Source: an uncultured virus (IMG/VR IMGVR_UViG_3300021599_002910)
Lineage: Duplodnaviria; Heunggongvirae; Uroviricota; Caudoviricetes
Virus record (IMG/VR): IMGVR_UViG_3300021599_002910
Coordinates: 62,001-126,000 of that record
Length of the DNA: 64,000 nt
Direction: 5' to 3' (one strand)
This document shows, piece after piece, positions 29,863 to 39,654 of this stretch. The notes beneath the pieces were generated by a model that was not told where the DNA came from, did no database searches, and saw only the letters and a program-made list of their open reading frames with translations. A program made the position numbers and the translations under genes. The number at the start of each line of letters is the position of its first letter. Positions within the stretch are counted from its first letter, which is position 1.

Positions 29863-30714
29863 ATGTATAGGAAAAAACTAAATCCACAAGAATCACTAGA
29901 TGCAATTTTATTGAGGATGAAATACGATTCCAAAAAAACTCTCAATGAAAACCTTGAAATGACCGAAGCGTCATTACCAAGGACAGACCCAGATTACAAA
30001 ATTGCGAGTGAAATTTGGAATGGAGTTGGTGGTGCTGGAACTAATGAAAATATGTTTTTGTCAGGTCTAAAAAAAATTAAAACGCCGGCCCAATTTCAGA
30101 GAGTAAATTCTCAAGTTGCTTATTTTAATAGTAATTTGGCTATTGATGAATGGGTCAATAATGACTTCGGAAGTGACAATACTGATTCAGTGAATCAAAT
30201 AATCAATCATCTAAAATCTATAGGTGTTGACGCAACTGCGGAGTTCAACAGCCTCGGTAAGTTTAAAGAAAATACTTTTAAAATTACAAATATCCCAACA
30301 ACAACATCTACAGCCAACACTGCTGTTGGTGACGTGGCCAAAGGGATTACTGCGGGACTAGATGCTACTAAAAAAGCAATAGAAACTGGTGTAGCAAAAA
30401 AGAAACAAACTACTGTTACAAATCCTTCAGCCCCAGCTGGACTTGACGTGAAAAAGTTTCAAGATTGGCTCGATAAAAATAAGGCAGGATGGGCAACAGG
30501 TTATAAAGATGGAATTTTAAACCAAGGTCAGAACGGAGGTGGATATGGAAGGTTTGGACCGAGAACACAAAAACAATGGAATAATCAAGATGTCAGAAAA
30601 GAATATGAAAATTATTTGAAAGGTGGAACAACTACTAAAACAACAAATGATTTTGCTAAAGAATCCGAATCAGTCTTCGGCTTAACTCCTGACGAATTTC
30701 TACAAAATAATTAA
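29863..30714 (+). CDS. hypothetical protein with annexin-like motif and possible peptidoglycan-binding C-terminus
   Basis: GVGGAGTNE; KKFQDWL...GRFGPRT. Confidence 0.55.
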   Translation: MYRKKLNPQESLDAILLRMKYDSKKTLNENLEMTEASLPRTDPDYKIASEIWNGVGGAGTNENMFLSGLKKIKTPAQFQRVNSQVAYFNSNLAIDEWVNNDFGSDNTDSVNQIINHLKSIGVDATAEFNSLGKFKENTFKITNIPTTTSTANTAVGDVAKGITAGLDATKKAIETGVAKKKQTTVTNPSAPAGLDVKKFQDWLDKNKAGWATGYKDGILNQGQNGGGYGRFGPRTQKQWNNQDVRKEYENYLKGGTTTKTTNDFAKESESVFGLTPDEFLQNN

Positions 30715-30715
30715 T

Positions 30716-31678
30716 ATGAAAAGTTTAAGAATAGACGAAAGTTACAAAATTGAAATCTTGAAAATGCATGGTTTCATTAAAGAACAGGCAAGTGGTTTAG
30801 GACCTGATGATGTTGCACCAGGAGACCCTGCATCACCATACAACGCTGACGGAACGACTAAAACAACAACGCCCACTATTTCAACTGTTGAGACAACAAA
30901 AACAGACTCGAAAGTAGAAACTAATACATTAACCAAAACTGATGCGGATGTTCTAAACAACTTCATAAAAGTGGTTGAGTCAAAATGTCTCGGTGGTAAA
31001 AGGAGTGAGATAAGGAAATTAAAAGATGGGATATATTTTGTGTCAAGAAAATCAAGACAGGGACTAACATATTATTTTACAAGTGATATGAACATTCTGA
31101 ATCAACAAGGTAAAGTTTACGATAAATTTTACTGTCCTGAAGCAAATGTTTCTACCGTATCTTCTCAAAACACTGGTCAAACTAATCAGGCAGGACAGAC
31201 CGCAGGAAAACCAAGTTTAGATAATAGTCAAAAAGATATAATTAAACAACTCAGAACGGAAAATTGGTTCGAAATGGCACAACCCCCATCAGAATATCAA
31301 TTAAGGGACGGCGGTGAGTATGAGAAATTAGATTTAACAGGTAAAGATGCTGAAAATAATGGTAAGATAAGCGGAGACTATAGTCAGTATTATCCTTATT
31401 TCGAAAAATTGAAAGACAAATTCTACGTATACAGAAAGATACAAAAAGTTGCAGATGCTAAACAAGGAACAAAACTTGAGGTAAATTCACAAAATTGTAA
31501 GACGGCTATCGAAACACTTTGGAATAATCAAGAGTTAGGTTCTAGAACATATCCTTTGGGTGATGCAGAAAGAGCTAATCTGAAAAGTGTTGTTAGAATT
31601 TGTAAAGAAAGGGCAAACAAAGGAATGTTCAACTTCAGATTCGAATTGAAGAAAAAATTAAAAGATTTAAAAGTTTAA
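30716..31678 (+). CDS. hypothetical protein, possibly virion-associated
   Basis: 320-aa ORF in the TATTTAT-led operon. Confidence 0.65.
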   Translation: MKSLRIDESYKIEILKMHGFIKEQASGLGPDDVAPGDPASPYNADGTTKTTTPTISTVETTKTDSKVETNTLTKTDADVLNNFIKVVESKCLGGKRSEIRKLKDGIYFVSRKSRQGLTYYFTSDMNILNQQGKVYDKFYCPEANVSTVSSQNTGQTNQAGQTAGKPSLDNSQKDIIKQLRTENWFEMAQPPSEYQLRDGGEYEKLDLTGKDAENNGKISGDYSQYYPYFEKLKDKFYVYRKIQKVADAKQGTKLEVNSQNCKTAIETLWNNQELGSRTYPLGDAERANLKSVVRICKERANKGMFNFRFELKKKLKDLKV

Positions 31679-31687
31679 AAAATTTTT

Positions 31688-32341
31688 ATGGTAAATAAAA
31701 TTGTAAGAAAAAAATTACTCGAGGAAAAAAAGAAAAGAGATAATAGACTTGTTGAAACAACATTAGTTGAAAGTAGATTGAAAGTTATTGTTGAATCTAA
31801 ATCAAAATTCAGGTCTTTATCTGAGGAAAAACAAAAAAAGGTTTTCATTCAAGTATTGAAAGAGATTAATGTTCTTGAATCACAAGGTCTAATTAATGAG
31901 GAATTCAAATTCACAGATATATTAGATAAACTATTTGGACAAGGATGGAGCGTATTAGGACAGGCAATTGTAGAACCTATGATTGATTCTATTTTTGGTT
32001 GGTTCAATATGAAAGGTCCTTTCGCAAAATTTGTATCATCATTCATTGCATCAGACCCAAGAAGATTAGCAAATGCATTATCCGACTGTAGAGAATTAAC
32101 AAAATTGGTTGCTGAGAGTTTAGCAGAGGCTTTGGTCAGAACTATGATGCAATCGAAAGGTATGGACGGGACAGGTTACGGTATAATAAGAAACTTATTG
32201 GGTGGAGCAATCAAAGATACTGAATTCATCAAGGGCCTCGAAAAACAAATGTCAGATGGTGTATGCAAGCTCTTTGGAAGTTTCACGGACAAAGCTGAAA
32301 ATGTTTTAAATAAAGTTCAGGCAAAACCTGCGGTGGCTTAA
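31688..32341 (+). CDS. hypothetical helical protein
   Basis: 217-aa ORF. Confidence 0.65.
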   Translation: MVNKIVRKKLLEEKKKRDNRLVETTLVESRLKVIVESKSKFRSLSEEKQKKVFIQVLKEINVLESQGLINEEFKFTDILDKLFGQGWSVLGQAIVEPMIDSIFGWFNMKGPFAKFVSSFIASDPRRLANALSDCRELTKLVAESLAEALVRTMMQSKGMDGTGYGIIRNLLGGAIKDTEFIKGLEKQMSDGVCKLFGSFTDKAENVLNKVQAKPAVA

Positions 32342-32407
32342 TAATGAAACCACCATAAAGTGGTAAAAAACAAAAAGGGGGGTGTTCAAAAAAACGAAAA
32401 GAAGGGG

Positions 32408-33085
32408 TTAACCCTTCTTTTTTGTTTTAACAATCTCGTCAATAATACCATATTCAACGGACTCTTCAGCAGATAACCAAAAATCTCGAGAGGAGTCTTC
32501 CATAACTTGTTCGGGAGTTTTACCACAAAACTCACCTAATAATTCAAACAATATTTTGTTGGTTTTTTCCCACTCAATGAAATTGATTCTCGCATCTTGA
32601 ATATTTCCGCCCGCACCACCTGATGTCTGGTGAAGCATCGTTTTAGAGAACTTGAGGGAGGAGCGTTTGCCTTTGGTTCCTGCACCAAGTAAAACTGAAC
32701 CCATAGAAGCCGCCATACCTGTGTTAACAGTTCGGATATCACAAGTGACATATTGCATGACATCAACCATTGAGAGTCCTGATTTCACGCTGCCACCTGG
32801 TGAGTCAATGTGCATCGTTATGTCAGTTTTATCACTATTATCTAAGAACATTAATTGTGCTTGAACTACGGTCGACATTCTATCATCAACACCACCAGCC
32901 ACCCAAATTATTCTGTCTCTCATCAAACGTGAGAATATGTCAATCTGAGTTGCTCTCATCTCCCTTTCTTCCAAAATATATGGAGTCATTGAAGATTCAA
33001 TTTGTTGATTGAAGTAGTGTAGGTCAAGTGAACCTTTCCCTAAATGTTTTGTGTAATAGGATGTAAATTCGTTACCGATATTCAT
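32408..33085 (-). CDS. clpP: ATP-dependent Clp protease proteolytic subunit
   Basis: DIFSRLMRDRII, DSPGGSV, AASMG (Ser), MLHQ (His), RDFWLSAEE...YGIID (Asp). Confidence 0.95.
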   Translation of the reverse strand: MNIGNEFTSYYTKHLGKGSLDLHYFNQQIESSMTPYILEEREMRATQIDIFSRLMRDRIIWVAGGVDDRMSTVVQAQLMFLDNSDKTDITMHIDSPGGSVKSGLSMVDVMQYVTCDIRTVNTGMAASMGSVLLGAGTKGKRSSLKFSKTMLHQTSGGAGGNIQDARINFIEWEKTNKILFELLGEFCGKTPEQVMEDSSRDFWLSAEESVEYGIIDEIVKTKKKG

Positions 33086-33120
33086 AATTTATTATTTGTA
33101 ACAAAATTAGATAAAAAAAG

Positions 33121-33771
33121 TTACAAACCCAAAATATCGTCTACAATTTCTTGGCTTGATAAAGATTTCCATAATCTTGGATGTTGGTAAGACCAAAAAG
33201 TTTTCCAATTACCGAACCAAATGACACCCTCTTTTCTCGGGTCTACTGTTTTCCAATCATTACTGTTCTTTGGAAATTTACCTATCCTGTATGTCTTATA
33301 AGGTGTCAGATTTCTATCTTTGAATCTTGTTTCTGAGTATGAGTTAATTTCATCAAAATTTGAAATAATTTCTACGTGACATTCATTTCTTTTTTTGTAT
33401 GTCATACATCTTTTCAACCACACTGAAGCTTCGTCTAAATTATCCGTATCCAAAATAAATCTAACAAGTTGGTCTCGGTCATTATATCTGTGAGAGTAAA
33501 TTCTTTTCAATCCAAAAGTATCATCAAACTTATAAATTATGATTTCGAAGTCCATGTAAAACTCTATAGGTAGATGAAACTCTTTCATATACCAGTCATT
33601 CATAGTTGTGAAATGAATTCCCTCAACGATATAAGGTTGTTGGTCCCCTTTTTTAAATTCATGTAATTCAACATAATATAATTGTTCGGGTCCACCAACT
33701 CTGACTGTAATTCCTTTGTTAAAGTCAATCACAATTTTTTCATCACCTATTTGTGTAAACATAATTTCCAA
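33121..33771 (-). CDS. hypothetical protein
   Basis: 216-aa ORF directly downstream of the carbamoyltransferases. Confidence 0.65.
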   Translation of the reverse strand: MEIMFTQIGDEKIVIDFNKGITVRVGGPEQLYYVELHEFKKGDQQPYIVEGIHFTTMNDWYMKEFHLPIEFYMDFEIIIYKFDDTFGLKRIYSHRYNDRDQLVRFILDTDNLDEASVWLKRCMTYKKRNECHVEIISNFDEINSYSETRFKDRNLTPYKTYRIGKFPKNSNDWKTVDPRKEGVIWFGNWKTFWSYQHPRLWKSLSSQEIVDDILGL

Positions 33772-35335
33772 TAACTAATTTATCTAAAGTTTTATCTTGT
33801 AATTTAGAAAAGGCTTGTTCGGGGTTATCTACAATTGGTTCATTGTGAGTGTTGAAAGAAGTATTTAACAAAACAGGTATATTTGAAATTTTATAGTATT
33901 CATCAAGTATTTCCCAAAATTTGTAGTTCTTCTCTCTTTTTACAATCTGAGGTCTCGCAGTCTTATCTGATTTTTGGATTACCGCAGGTATTTTTTCAAT
34001 CCAATTCTCTTTAGTTTGATAACAAATAGTCATAAATTCTGCGGAGTATTTTGACTTTGTTTCAAAGAAAATTTCATCAAAATATTCTGACATTACAATA
34101 GGTGCAAATGGCATCGAATCATGTCTTTTCAACCTTTTGTTTAATTTACTATGAGTGTCTGAGCTTGTTGGTCTCATAAGAATACTTCTACCACCCAAGG
34201 CTCGTGGACCAAATTCAAATCCGTGTTGAAACCAACCGATAATTTCACCCTCATCAATATTCTTAGCGATTTCAGAAGGGTTATATATCTTTTTCTCAAA
34301 ATTATATTTTTGACTAATCAATGAAATTTGGTCATCATCATACTCTTTACCAAAAAAAACATTATCCAATTTGAATGGTTTTGTGATTTCACCCAAGTCT
34401 ACTGCTTTCTTTATACATGCACCTAAGCTTAACCCTTCGTCTCCCATAGGTGGAACAATATATATTTCCTCAACCCAAGGTAGTTGATTAATTTTTTGAT
34501 TTAATTTTACGTTGGCAAACAAACCACCAGAAAAACATAATTTTTTATAATCGGGAAATCTAGTGTGAAGGTCGTCTAAAAAATTAAGGAAAAGGTCTTC
34601 AGTTAATTTTTGTAAGTTAAACGAAAAAACCTGAAGTTTCTCTTGTGAGTCGAAATAACCTTTCCTGAACATTGTGTCTACAACAAATCTAGCTTTCGCA
34701 CCCGTATTCGATGGGAAAAATTTGAAGTCTTTGTAATCGATTATTGAATTCAGAATTTTATATATCCTCTCATCGTAAAACCCATCAGGTGCCATTCCCA
34801 TAAGTTTCCCTTCGTCTTTACACATTTTCCAAATGCTCTCTCCATTCTCGTTATATCCTCTAATTGAGGTCACACTGAATGCCCAAAGATGAGGTATACT
34901 TCCCGTTGTTGCAAAATCATAAGAATATGCCAAATTCATTTTACCATCTTCACAAAGGTAGACTTTCATTACGGTTTTGTCTCCTCCACCGTCGTATGAA
35001 ATACTTAAAACTTTTCCATCCATACCACTTGTAAAATAAGAACCATAGCAATGAGCATCGTGATGACCAACTCTCTCAAAATTATCCTTGGTCAATTTTT
35101 TTGCGAACGCATCGATTACCGGCTCAACAAAAACCCTATAATCAGCATCGTGAACATTAAGACCTGTGTATTTTTGAATTTCTTCTGAGGATAATTCTGG
35201 AAAACTGTCGAAGTTGTCACCAGCCTTAATTCTGGTTAATCTTTCTTCTTCTATACATGATACAATCTTTCCATTTCTAATTAAACACGCGGATGGACTA
35301 TGAGAACCACCAAAAAAACCATAAATCGTGCTCAT
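33743..35335 (-). CDS. carbamoyltransferase (CmcH/NodU family)
   Basis: EEERLTRIK, HHDAH, DGGGD, EGKLMGMA, GGLFANV, GDEG, EFGPRALG.RS, PFAP, LLNTSFN. Confidence 0.92.
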   Translation of the reverse strand: MSTIYGFFGGSHSPSACLIRNGKIVSCIEEERLTRIKAGDNFDSFPELSSEEIQKYTGLNVHDADYRVFVEPVIDAFAKKLTKDNFERVGHHDAHCYGSYFTSGMDGKVLSISYDGGGDKTVMKVYLCEDGKMNLAYSYDFATTGSIPHLWAFSVTSIRGYNENGESIWKMCKDEGKLMGMAPDGFYDERIYKILNSIIDYKDFKFFPSNTGAKARFVVDTMFRKGYFDSQEKLQVFSFNLQKLTEDLFLNFLDDLHTRFPDYKKLCFSGGLFANVKLNQKINQLPWVEEIYIVPPMGDEGLSLGACIKKAVDLGEITKPFKLDNVFFGKEYDDDQISLISQKYNFEKKIYNPSEIAKNIDEGEIIGWFQHGFEFGPRALGGRSILMRPTSSDTHSKLNKRLKRHDSMPFAPIVMSEYFDEIFFETKSKYSAEFMTICYQTKENWIEKIPAVIQKSDKTARPQIVKREKNYKFWEILDEYYKISNIPVLLNTSFNTHNEPIVDNPEQAFSKLQDKTLDKLVIGNYVYTNR

Positions 35336-35336
35336 A

Positions 35337-37007
35337 CTATCTTTTGATTAAATAATTTCCTATTACTAAGTAATCGAGTTTACAACTTAACATGGTGTCA
35401 ATTGCATTCTTTGGAGTTTCAACAATTGGTTCATGAGGGCCATTGAAACTCGTGTTGAGTAAAACTGGAACTCCTGTTTTGTTATAAAAACTCTCGATTA
35501 ATTTATAAAATTTATAATTAGATTTTTCTGAAACCGATTGATGTCTAGCGGAACCGTCAATGTGAGTTACTGCAGGTATTTTATCTCTCCAAGATTCTTT
35601 TACGTTAGTCGTAACCAACATATATGGAGAAAAAACATTAGAATCAAAAATTTCACTTTGGTGTTCAAATAACACGGCGGGTGCAAACGGTCTATACCAT
35701 TCTCTTTTTTTGATGTCTGAATTAATGTGACCTGTCATCCATTTGTTGATAGGTGATGCTAAGATTGAACGATTACCAAGAGCTCTAGGTCCAATTTCAG
35801 ATTGGTCTTGAAACCAGCCTATGACCCTATTTTGAGTTAACCAATGTGAGACTTTATCAACAAGTTCGTCAAAATCATCAAATCTTTCATGATATAAATT
35901 TGGGTATTGGTTTATTGCTGAAACAATATCATTGTTAGAATAATTTTTACCTATGTAAGGAGAAAGAAAATTATTTTTTTCAATCGGACTCATAAGTTGA
36001 TAACCATACCAGGCGCACCCTAAAGGGATTCCACTATCGTCAGAGGGAGGTATGAAGTAACAACCCTCAAACAATCCTGAGTTGAGGATTTTTTCGTTAG
36101 AATTACAATTAAGGAAAGACCCACCTGCCACGCAAATATTTTCAGAATCGGTCAATTCCTTTGCTTTCTTCGCTAACATTAGAGATACCCTTTCTTGTTC
36201 CCTTTGATATATTCCAGCAACACAAGCTCTTGAGAAAAAATCTGAATCATATGTCACTTTGGGATATATTCTATTATTTGGAATGAAAATATCTCCATCT
36301 TCTGTTTCAACAATATAATGTGGAGCTTCCTCGACTATGTCCTTGTCAGCATATGACGCAAGTCCCATCAGTTTACCTGCAGGCCAAGAATTGGTATTGG
36401 GTTCATAAATTAATTGAAGTGAACCTTCAGAGTAAACGGTTCCGACAGAAACATCTTCGTTAGTATCAATCGGAACAGGATATTTTATCCATTTCTTATA
36501 AACCTCTTTGTAATCATTTTTATTAAAATGATAAATTGAAATTGCTTCTGTCCAATCTTCTTCGTGATTGAGACCTTTCCTACTAACTTTCGGATACCAC
36601 TCAGGTAATTTATTTTTTTCATTCAAAATACTACCCGATGCGTCTGCAACAACCACAACGGCATCATCGAATCCTGAACTAAAAAAAGAAGAATATGCGT
36701 GGGCCAAATGATGAGGTAAAAACTCGAATTTACCCGTAGGGTCAAACTGAAATTCTTCGATAAACTTTTTTTGAACGTCATCAACAATTTCAGTTGTGCT
36801 GTAGACAAATAAATCGATATCTCTAAAAGTATATCCTGAATTTTCAAGACAATATCTTATAGATTCGGCAGGAATTAATCCACCTTGATGTGCTCCATCA
36901 TGTTTGATTCTTGAAATTCTTTCTTGAGTAATTCCAATCAAGACTTTTCCATTTTCAACAATAACAGCACCTTTGTCGTGTCCGACAGAAAATCCTAATA
37001 CCCTCAT
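35337..37007 (-). CDS. carbamoyltransferase (CmcH/NodU family)
   Basis: GHD, ERISRIKH, HHLAHAYS, AGKLMGLASY, GGSFLNC, EIGPRALGNRS, RPFAP, HIDGSAR.Q, LNTSFN. Confidence 0.93.
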   Translation of the reverse strand: MRVLGFSVGHDKGAVIVENGKVLIGITQERISRIKHDGAHQGGLIPAESIRYCLENSGYTFRDIDLFVYSTTEIVDDVQKKFIEEFQFDPTGKFEFLPHHLAHAYSSFFSSGFDDAVVVVADASGSILNEKNKLPEWYPKVSRKGLNHEEDWTEAISIYHFNKNDYKEVYKKWIKYPVPIDTNEDVSVGTVYSEGSLQLIYEPNTNSWPAGKLMGLASYADKDIVEEAPHYIVETEDGDIFIPNNRIYPKVTYDSDFFSRACVAGIYQREQERVSLMLAKKAKELTDSENICVAGGSFLNCNSNEKILNSGLFEGCYFIPPSDDSGIPLGCAWYGYQLMSPIEKNNFLSPYIGKNYSNNDIVSAINQYPNLYHERFDDFDELVDKVSHWLTQNRVIGWFQDQSEIGPRALGNRSILASPINKWMTGHINSDIKKREWYRPFAPAVLFEHQSEIFDSNVFSPYMLVTTNVKESWRDKIPAVTHIDGSARHQSVSEKSNYKFYKLIESFYNKTGVPVLLNTSFNGPHEPIVETPKNAIDTMLSCKLDYLVIGNYLIKR

Positions 37008-37018
37008 GTATTTAAATT

Positions 37019-37294
37019 TTATTCAGAGTCCATCGGTGGTTCACCCATCATAACAGCGGTTCCCTCAGCCAAATCCTCTTCGCATTTATAGATGTGAATT
37101 TGTTCTTGAAATTTAAAAACAATTACTTTGGATGTGTCATCACCTAAATCCAAATTATTTAAAAGGTCAACAACAATCCCTTGGTTTTCTTGAAGTATGA
37201 GACTAAGTGCTCTAGCAAGTATGAGGGATGATGTTAGTGTGTCTTGGGGGTTTTTCGAATCTTGTAATTCGTTTAGTTCATTATTATTTTCCAT
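37019..37294 (-). CDS. hypothetical protein
   Basis: 91-aa ORF within the operon. Confidence 0.6.
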   Translation of the reverse strand: MENNNELNELQDSKNPQDTLTSSLILARALSLILQENQGIVVDLLNNLDLGDDTSKVIVFKFQEQIHIYKCEEDLAEGTAVMMGEPPMDSE

Positions 37295-37295
37295 A

Positions 37296-37595
37296 TTATT
37301 CGGTTTCTTGTGAGATTATGTCACCATACTGTGACGCGGCTTTTGGATTCCTTTCCATGAATATTTCATAAGCCACTTGGAATCTACCAAGTTCAACTTG
37401 TATAGGAAATAATTCATAATAAAGTGAATCACTAACAATCTTTAAACTATCCAAACTTTTTTTTGTTTGAACTAGTTCCATTTTCGTCGGCTCAATATTT
37501 TGTTTTTCGTTAGACAATCTAATGCTAGTCCAAATGAGACAAATACTTAAAAAAACGATTACAATCTTGAGTGATTTGTTTGACATAGTATCCAT
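37296..37595 (-). CDS. small membrane-anchored protein
   Basis: N-terminal TM helix followed by a coiled segment. Confidence 0.6.
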   Translation of the reverse strand: MDTMSNKSLKIVIVFLSICLIWTSIRLSNEKQNIEPTKMELVQTKKSLDSLKIVSDSLYYELFPIQVELGRFQVAYEIFMERNPKAASQYGDIISQETE

Positions 37596-37612
37596 AATTA
37601 TAGTTTTTTATT

Positions 37613-38101
37613 TTAATAAATGAATGATTTTTGGAAATCCTCCCAAACTTTGCTCACGGTTACATTCTCCCCCACTAATGTTGGGGCAAAAGGTTTATGT
37701 CTCATTGGCATTTTAGCCTCTTCTGGTGTTTTATTAGATTTCTTCAAGTTACATTTGAAACAAGATGTTACAAGATTCATCCAATCATTTTTACCTCCCC
37801 TAGATTTTGGAATTACGTGGTCCAAAGTTAAGTGCTTACTTGACCCACAATAAACACATTGATAGTTGTCTCTCTTATAGATTCTATTCCTATTTGCGCG
37901 AAGATTCCTTGTGAAATGTTTGATGTATTTCAGTAATCTAATAATCACAGGTCGGACATATGTTTTGAATCCAGCAGTAATAGGGGATTCATCAGACTTG
38001 ACAATTTCTGCCTTACCCTTATCCACTAAAACAAATCCTCGTCGAATAGTAGTTACATTCAACGGGGTGTAATCATAATTTAAAACCAATACACTTCCCA
38101 T
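37613..38101 (-). CDS. HNH endonuclease (McrA-like)
   Basis: VLVLN.DY.PL, RD...CVYCG, TLDHVIPKSRGG...W.NLVTSC..CN..K. Confidence 0.9.
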   Translation of the reverse strand: MGSVLVLNYDYTPLNVTTIRRGFVLVDKGKAEIVKSDESPITAGFKTYVRPVIIRLLKYIKHFTRNLRANRNRIYKRDNYQCVYCGSSKHLTLDHVIPKSRGGKNDWMNLVTSCFKCNLKKSNKTPEEAKMPMRHKPFAPTLVGENVTVSKVWEDFQKSFIY

Positions 38102-38186
38102 TTTGTAATTTTTTGCAATAATAGTTTATTTTCTAATAAAAAACAAAAGGGGTCCAAAAAATGAACCCCTTAGATATGTAACGTTT

Positions 38187-38294
38187 TTAGCAATAGTTTA
38201 TGGTTCGGGGTATCCTGCGTTCCATCACCCAAGGGTTCTCATATGAACTTGTAGTTCCCAAAAGACACGAAATGTTATTGTCTAAATCCATCAT
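38187..38294 (-). CDS. 35-aa small ORF followed by a terminator
   Basis: MMDLDNNISCLLGTTSSYENPWVMERRIPRTINYC*; TATTTAT upstream; AAGGGGTTC/GGACCCCTT hairpin at about 38146-38172. Confidence 0.35.
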   Translation of the reverse strand: MMDLDNNISCLLGTTSSYENPWVMERRIPRTINYC

Positions 38295-38330
38295 TTACAT
38301 AAATATTAAAAAAACGGTGTATTTATCAAT

Positions 38331-38999
38331 ATGAAATTTTTTCTTTTTTACGAAGACTTATTATCCGAAGCAAGATTGATGTCGGATGAAAAATTCGATT
38401 GGATTGTTAAGAACCTCGGAGAATGGTTATTCGAGGAATTATATTCGAAACCCCAGTTGATTAATTCCTTACCAAATATGGAGCAATTCAGAACATTCGT
38501 AAAATTTAAAACGACTGAAAAGGCAAATACAGATTCAGAGTTGGTCGGTGCATTGTATAGACTTGGCGATTTCTTGAATATGTTGAGTCCCAAAGAATCA
38601 CAAACTTTCATCAAATCAGTAAGCTCAACGTTTCCCAAAATTGCATCCAAGATATTAAGATATGGAAAACCTGAACCAACAGGAAAAAGAGGAAGACCCG
38701 CAGGTTCAAAAAATAAAGAAAAACAATTTGAACCCGAAATAAAAACTGACATTGCTTTTATTCCGAAAAAACAGGAAATACCTCAACCTTCAGAACCAAA
38801 GAAAAGAGGGCGAAAACCTCTCGAAAGTCCTTTAACATCTATGGAAAGATACCTATATAAAAAAGAGGGACCTGAAAAAATCCAAAGCCTCGAAATGAAA
38901 GTTAAAGAACTTGATTCAGAGATTGACCAAACTGTTCAGAGAATCAAGAAAATAATGCAAGACATAGAAAAAAGAAAAAACTTTTTTGGTATTCAATAA
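38331..38999 (+). CDS. protein with AT-hook-like motifs and C-terminal coiled coil
   Basis: GKRGRPAG and KKRGRKP. Confidence 0.65.
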   Translation: MKFFLFYEDLLSEARLMSDEKFDWIVKNLGEWLFEELYSKPQLINSLPNMEQFRTFVKFKTTEKANTDSELVGALYRLGDFLNMLSPKESQTFIKSVSSTFPKIASKILRYGKPEPTGKRGRPAGSKNKEKQFEPEIKTDIAFIPKKQEIPQPSEPKKRGRKPLESPLTSMERYLYKKEGPEKIQSLEMKVKELDSEIDQTVQRIKKIMQDIEKRKNFFGIQ

Positions 39000-39029
39000 T
39001 TTTTCATAACTTTGTGAAAATTATTAAAA

Positions 39030-39302
39030 ATGCCATACATAGATATTGATATCGAACCATACGAATTCGTTCGAGCTTGTAACAAAAGTGACATCAAAGA
39101 ATTGATTAAAGAACTTGTAGATGATGGTCATCTACCTCAGGCTCTCTATAATGAAAAAGGTGATGTTAAAAAGTCCATCAAACCTACAGGGTATGGTGAA
39201 AGGGAATTTGAGGAAAAACTCGATAAGTTAAAATCAAAATATTATTCGTTAACCAACGAAGAGGAAGAATATTTTGAAAAAGTCTTCAGTAGACTTTTAT
39301 AA
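39030..39302 (+). CDS. hypothetical protein
   Basis: 90-aa ORF; TAACTTTG upstream. Confidence 0.65.
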   Translation: MPYIDIDIEPYEFVRACNKSDIKELIKELVDDGHLPQALYNEKGDVKKSIKPTGYGEREFEEKLDKLKSKYYSLTNEEEEYFEKVFSRLL

Positions 39303-39324
39303 AATCCTTTGTATTTATTAGAAT

Positions 39325-39426
39325 ATGAAACAACTTTTTGTTAATACGAATTTAGTGTTCAGACCTACAACACCTAATGGTGATGGGGGTAATCTATGCT
39401 TAGATTCAGATACAGATGTAGGATAA
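39325..39426 (+). CDS. putative leader peptide of tRNA array 1 (33 aa)
   Basis: MKQLFVNTNLVFRPTTPNGDGGNLCLDSDTDVG*; TATTTAT at 39312-39318. Confidence 0.65.
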   Translation: MKQLFVNTNLVFRPTTPNGDGGNLCLDSDTDVG

Positions 39427-39447
39427 TAAAAAACAAAGCCAAACATT

Positions 39448-39481
39448 AAAACCCTGAATCTTGAAAGTTCGGGGTTTTTTT
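39448..39481 (+). terminator. intrinsic terminator / putative attenuator before tRNA array 1
   Basis: AAAACCCTGAA/TTCGGGGTTTT stem plus T-run. Its 5' arm CTGAATCT is complementary to AGATTCAG (39402-39409) in the leader. Confidence 0.75.
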
Positions 39482-39499
39482 ATTACCTTTGTTTAATAA

Positions 39500-39573
39500 T
39501 GGGAAGTGGCTCAGCCCGGTAGAGCACCTGGTTTGGGACCAGGGGGCCGCAGGTTCGAATCCTGTCTTCCCAA
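39500..39573 (+). tRNA. tRNA-Pro(TGG)
   Basis: Cloverleaf; CCTGG-TT-TGG-GA-CCAGG. Confidence 0.95.
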
Positions 39574-39579
39574 CAAAAC

Positions 39580-39651
39580 GTCTTCTTAGCTCAGCGGTAG
39601 AGCATCTCGCTGTTAACGAGAGGGTCCATGGTTCGAGCCCATGAGAGGACG
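39580..39651 (+). tRNA. tRNA-Asn(GTT)
   Basis: Cloverleaf; TCTCG-CT-GTT-AA-CGAGA. Confidence 0.93.
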
Positions 39652-39654
39652 CAA

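Noticed and set aside
37613..38101. HNH gene as an intron- or intein-borne homing element
   Set aside because: It is free-standing, with no interrupted host gene or intron structure visible around it.
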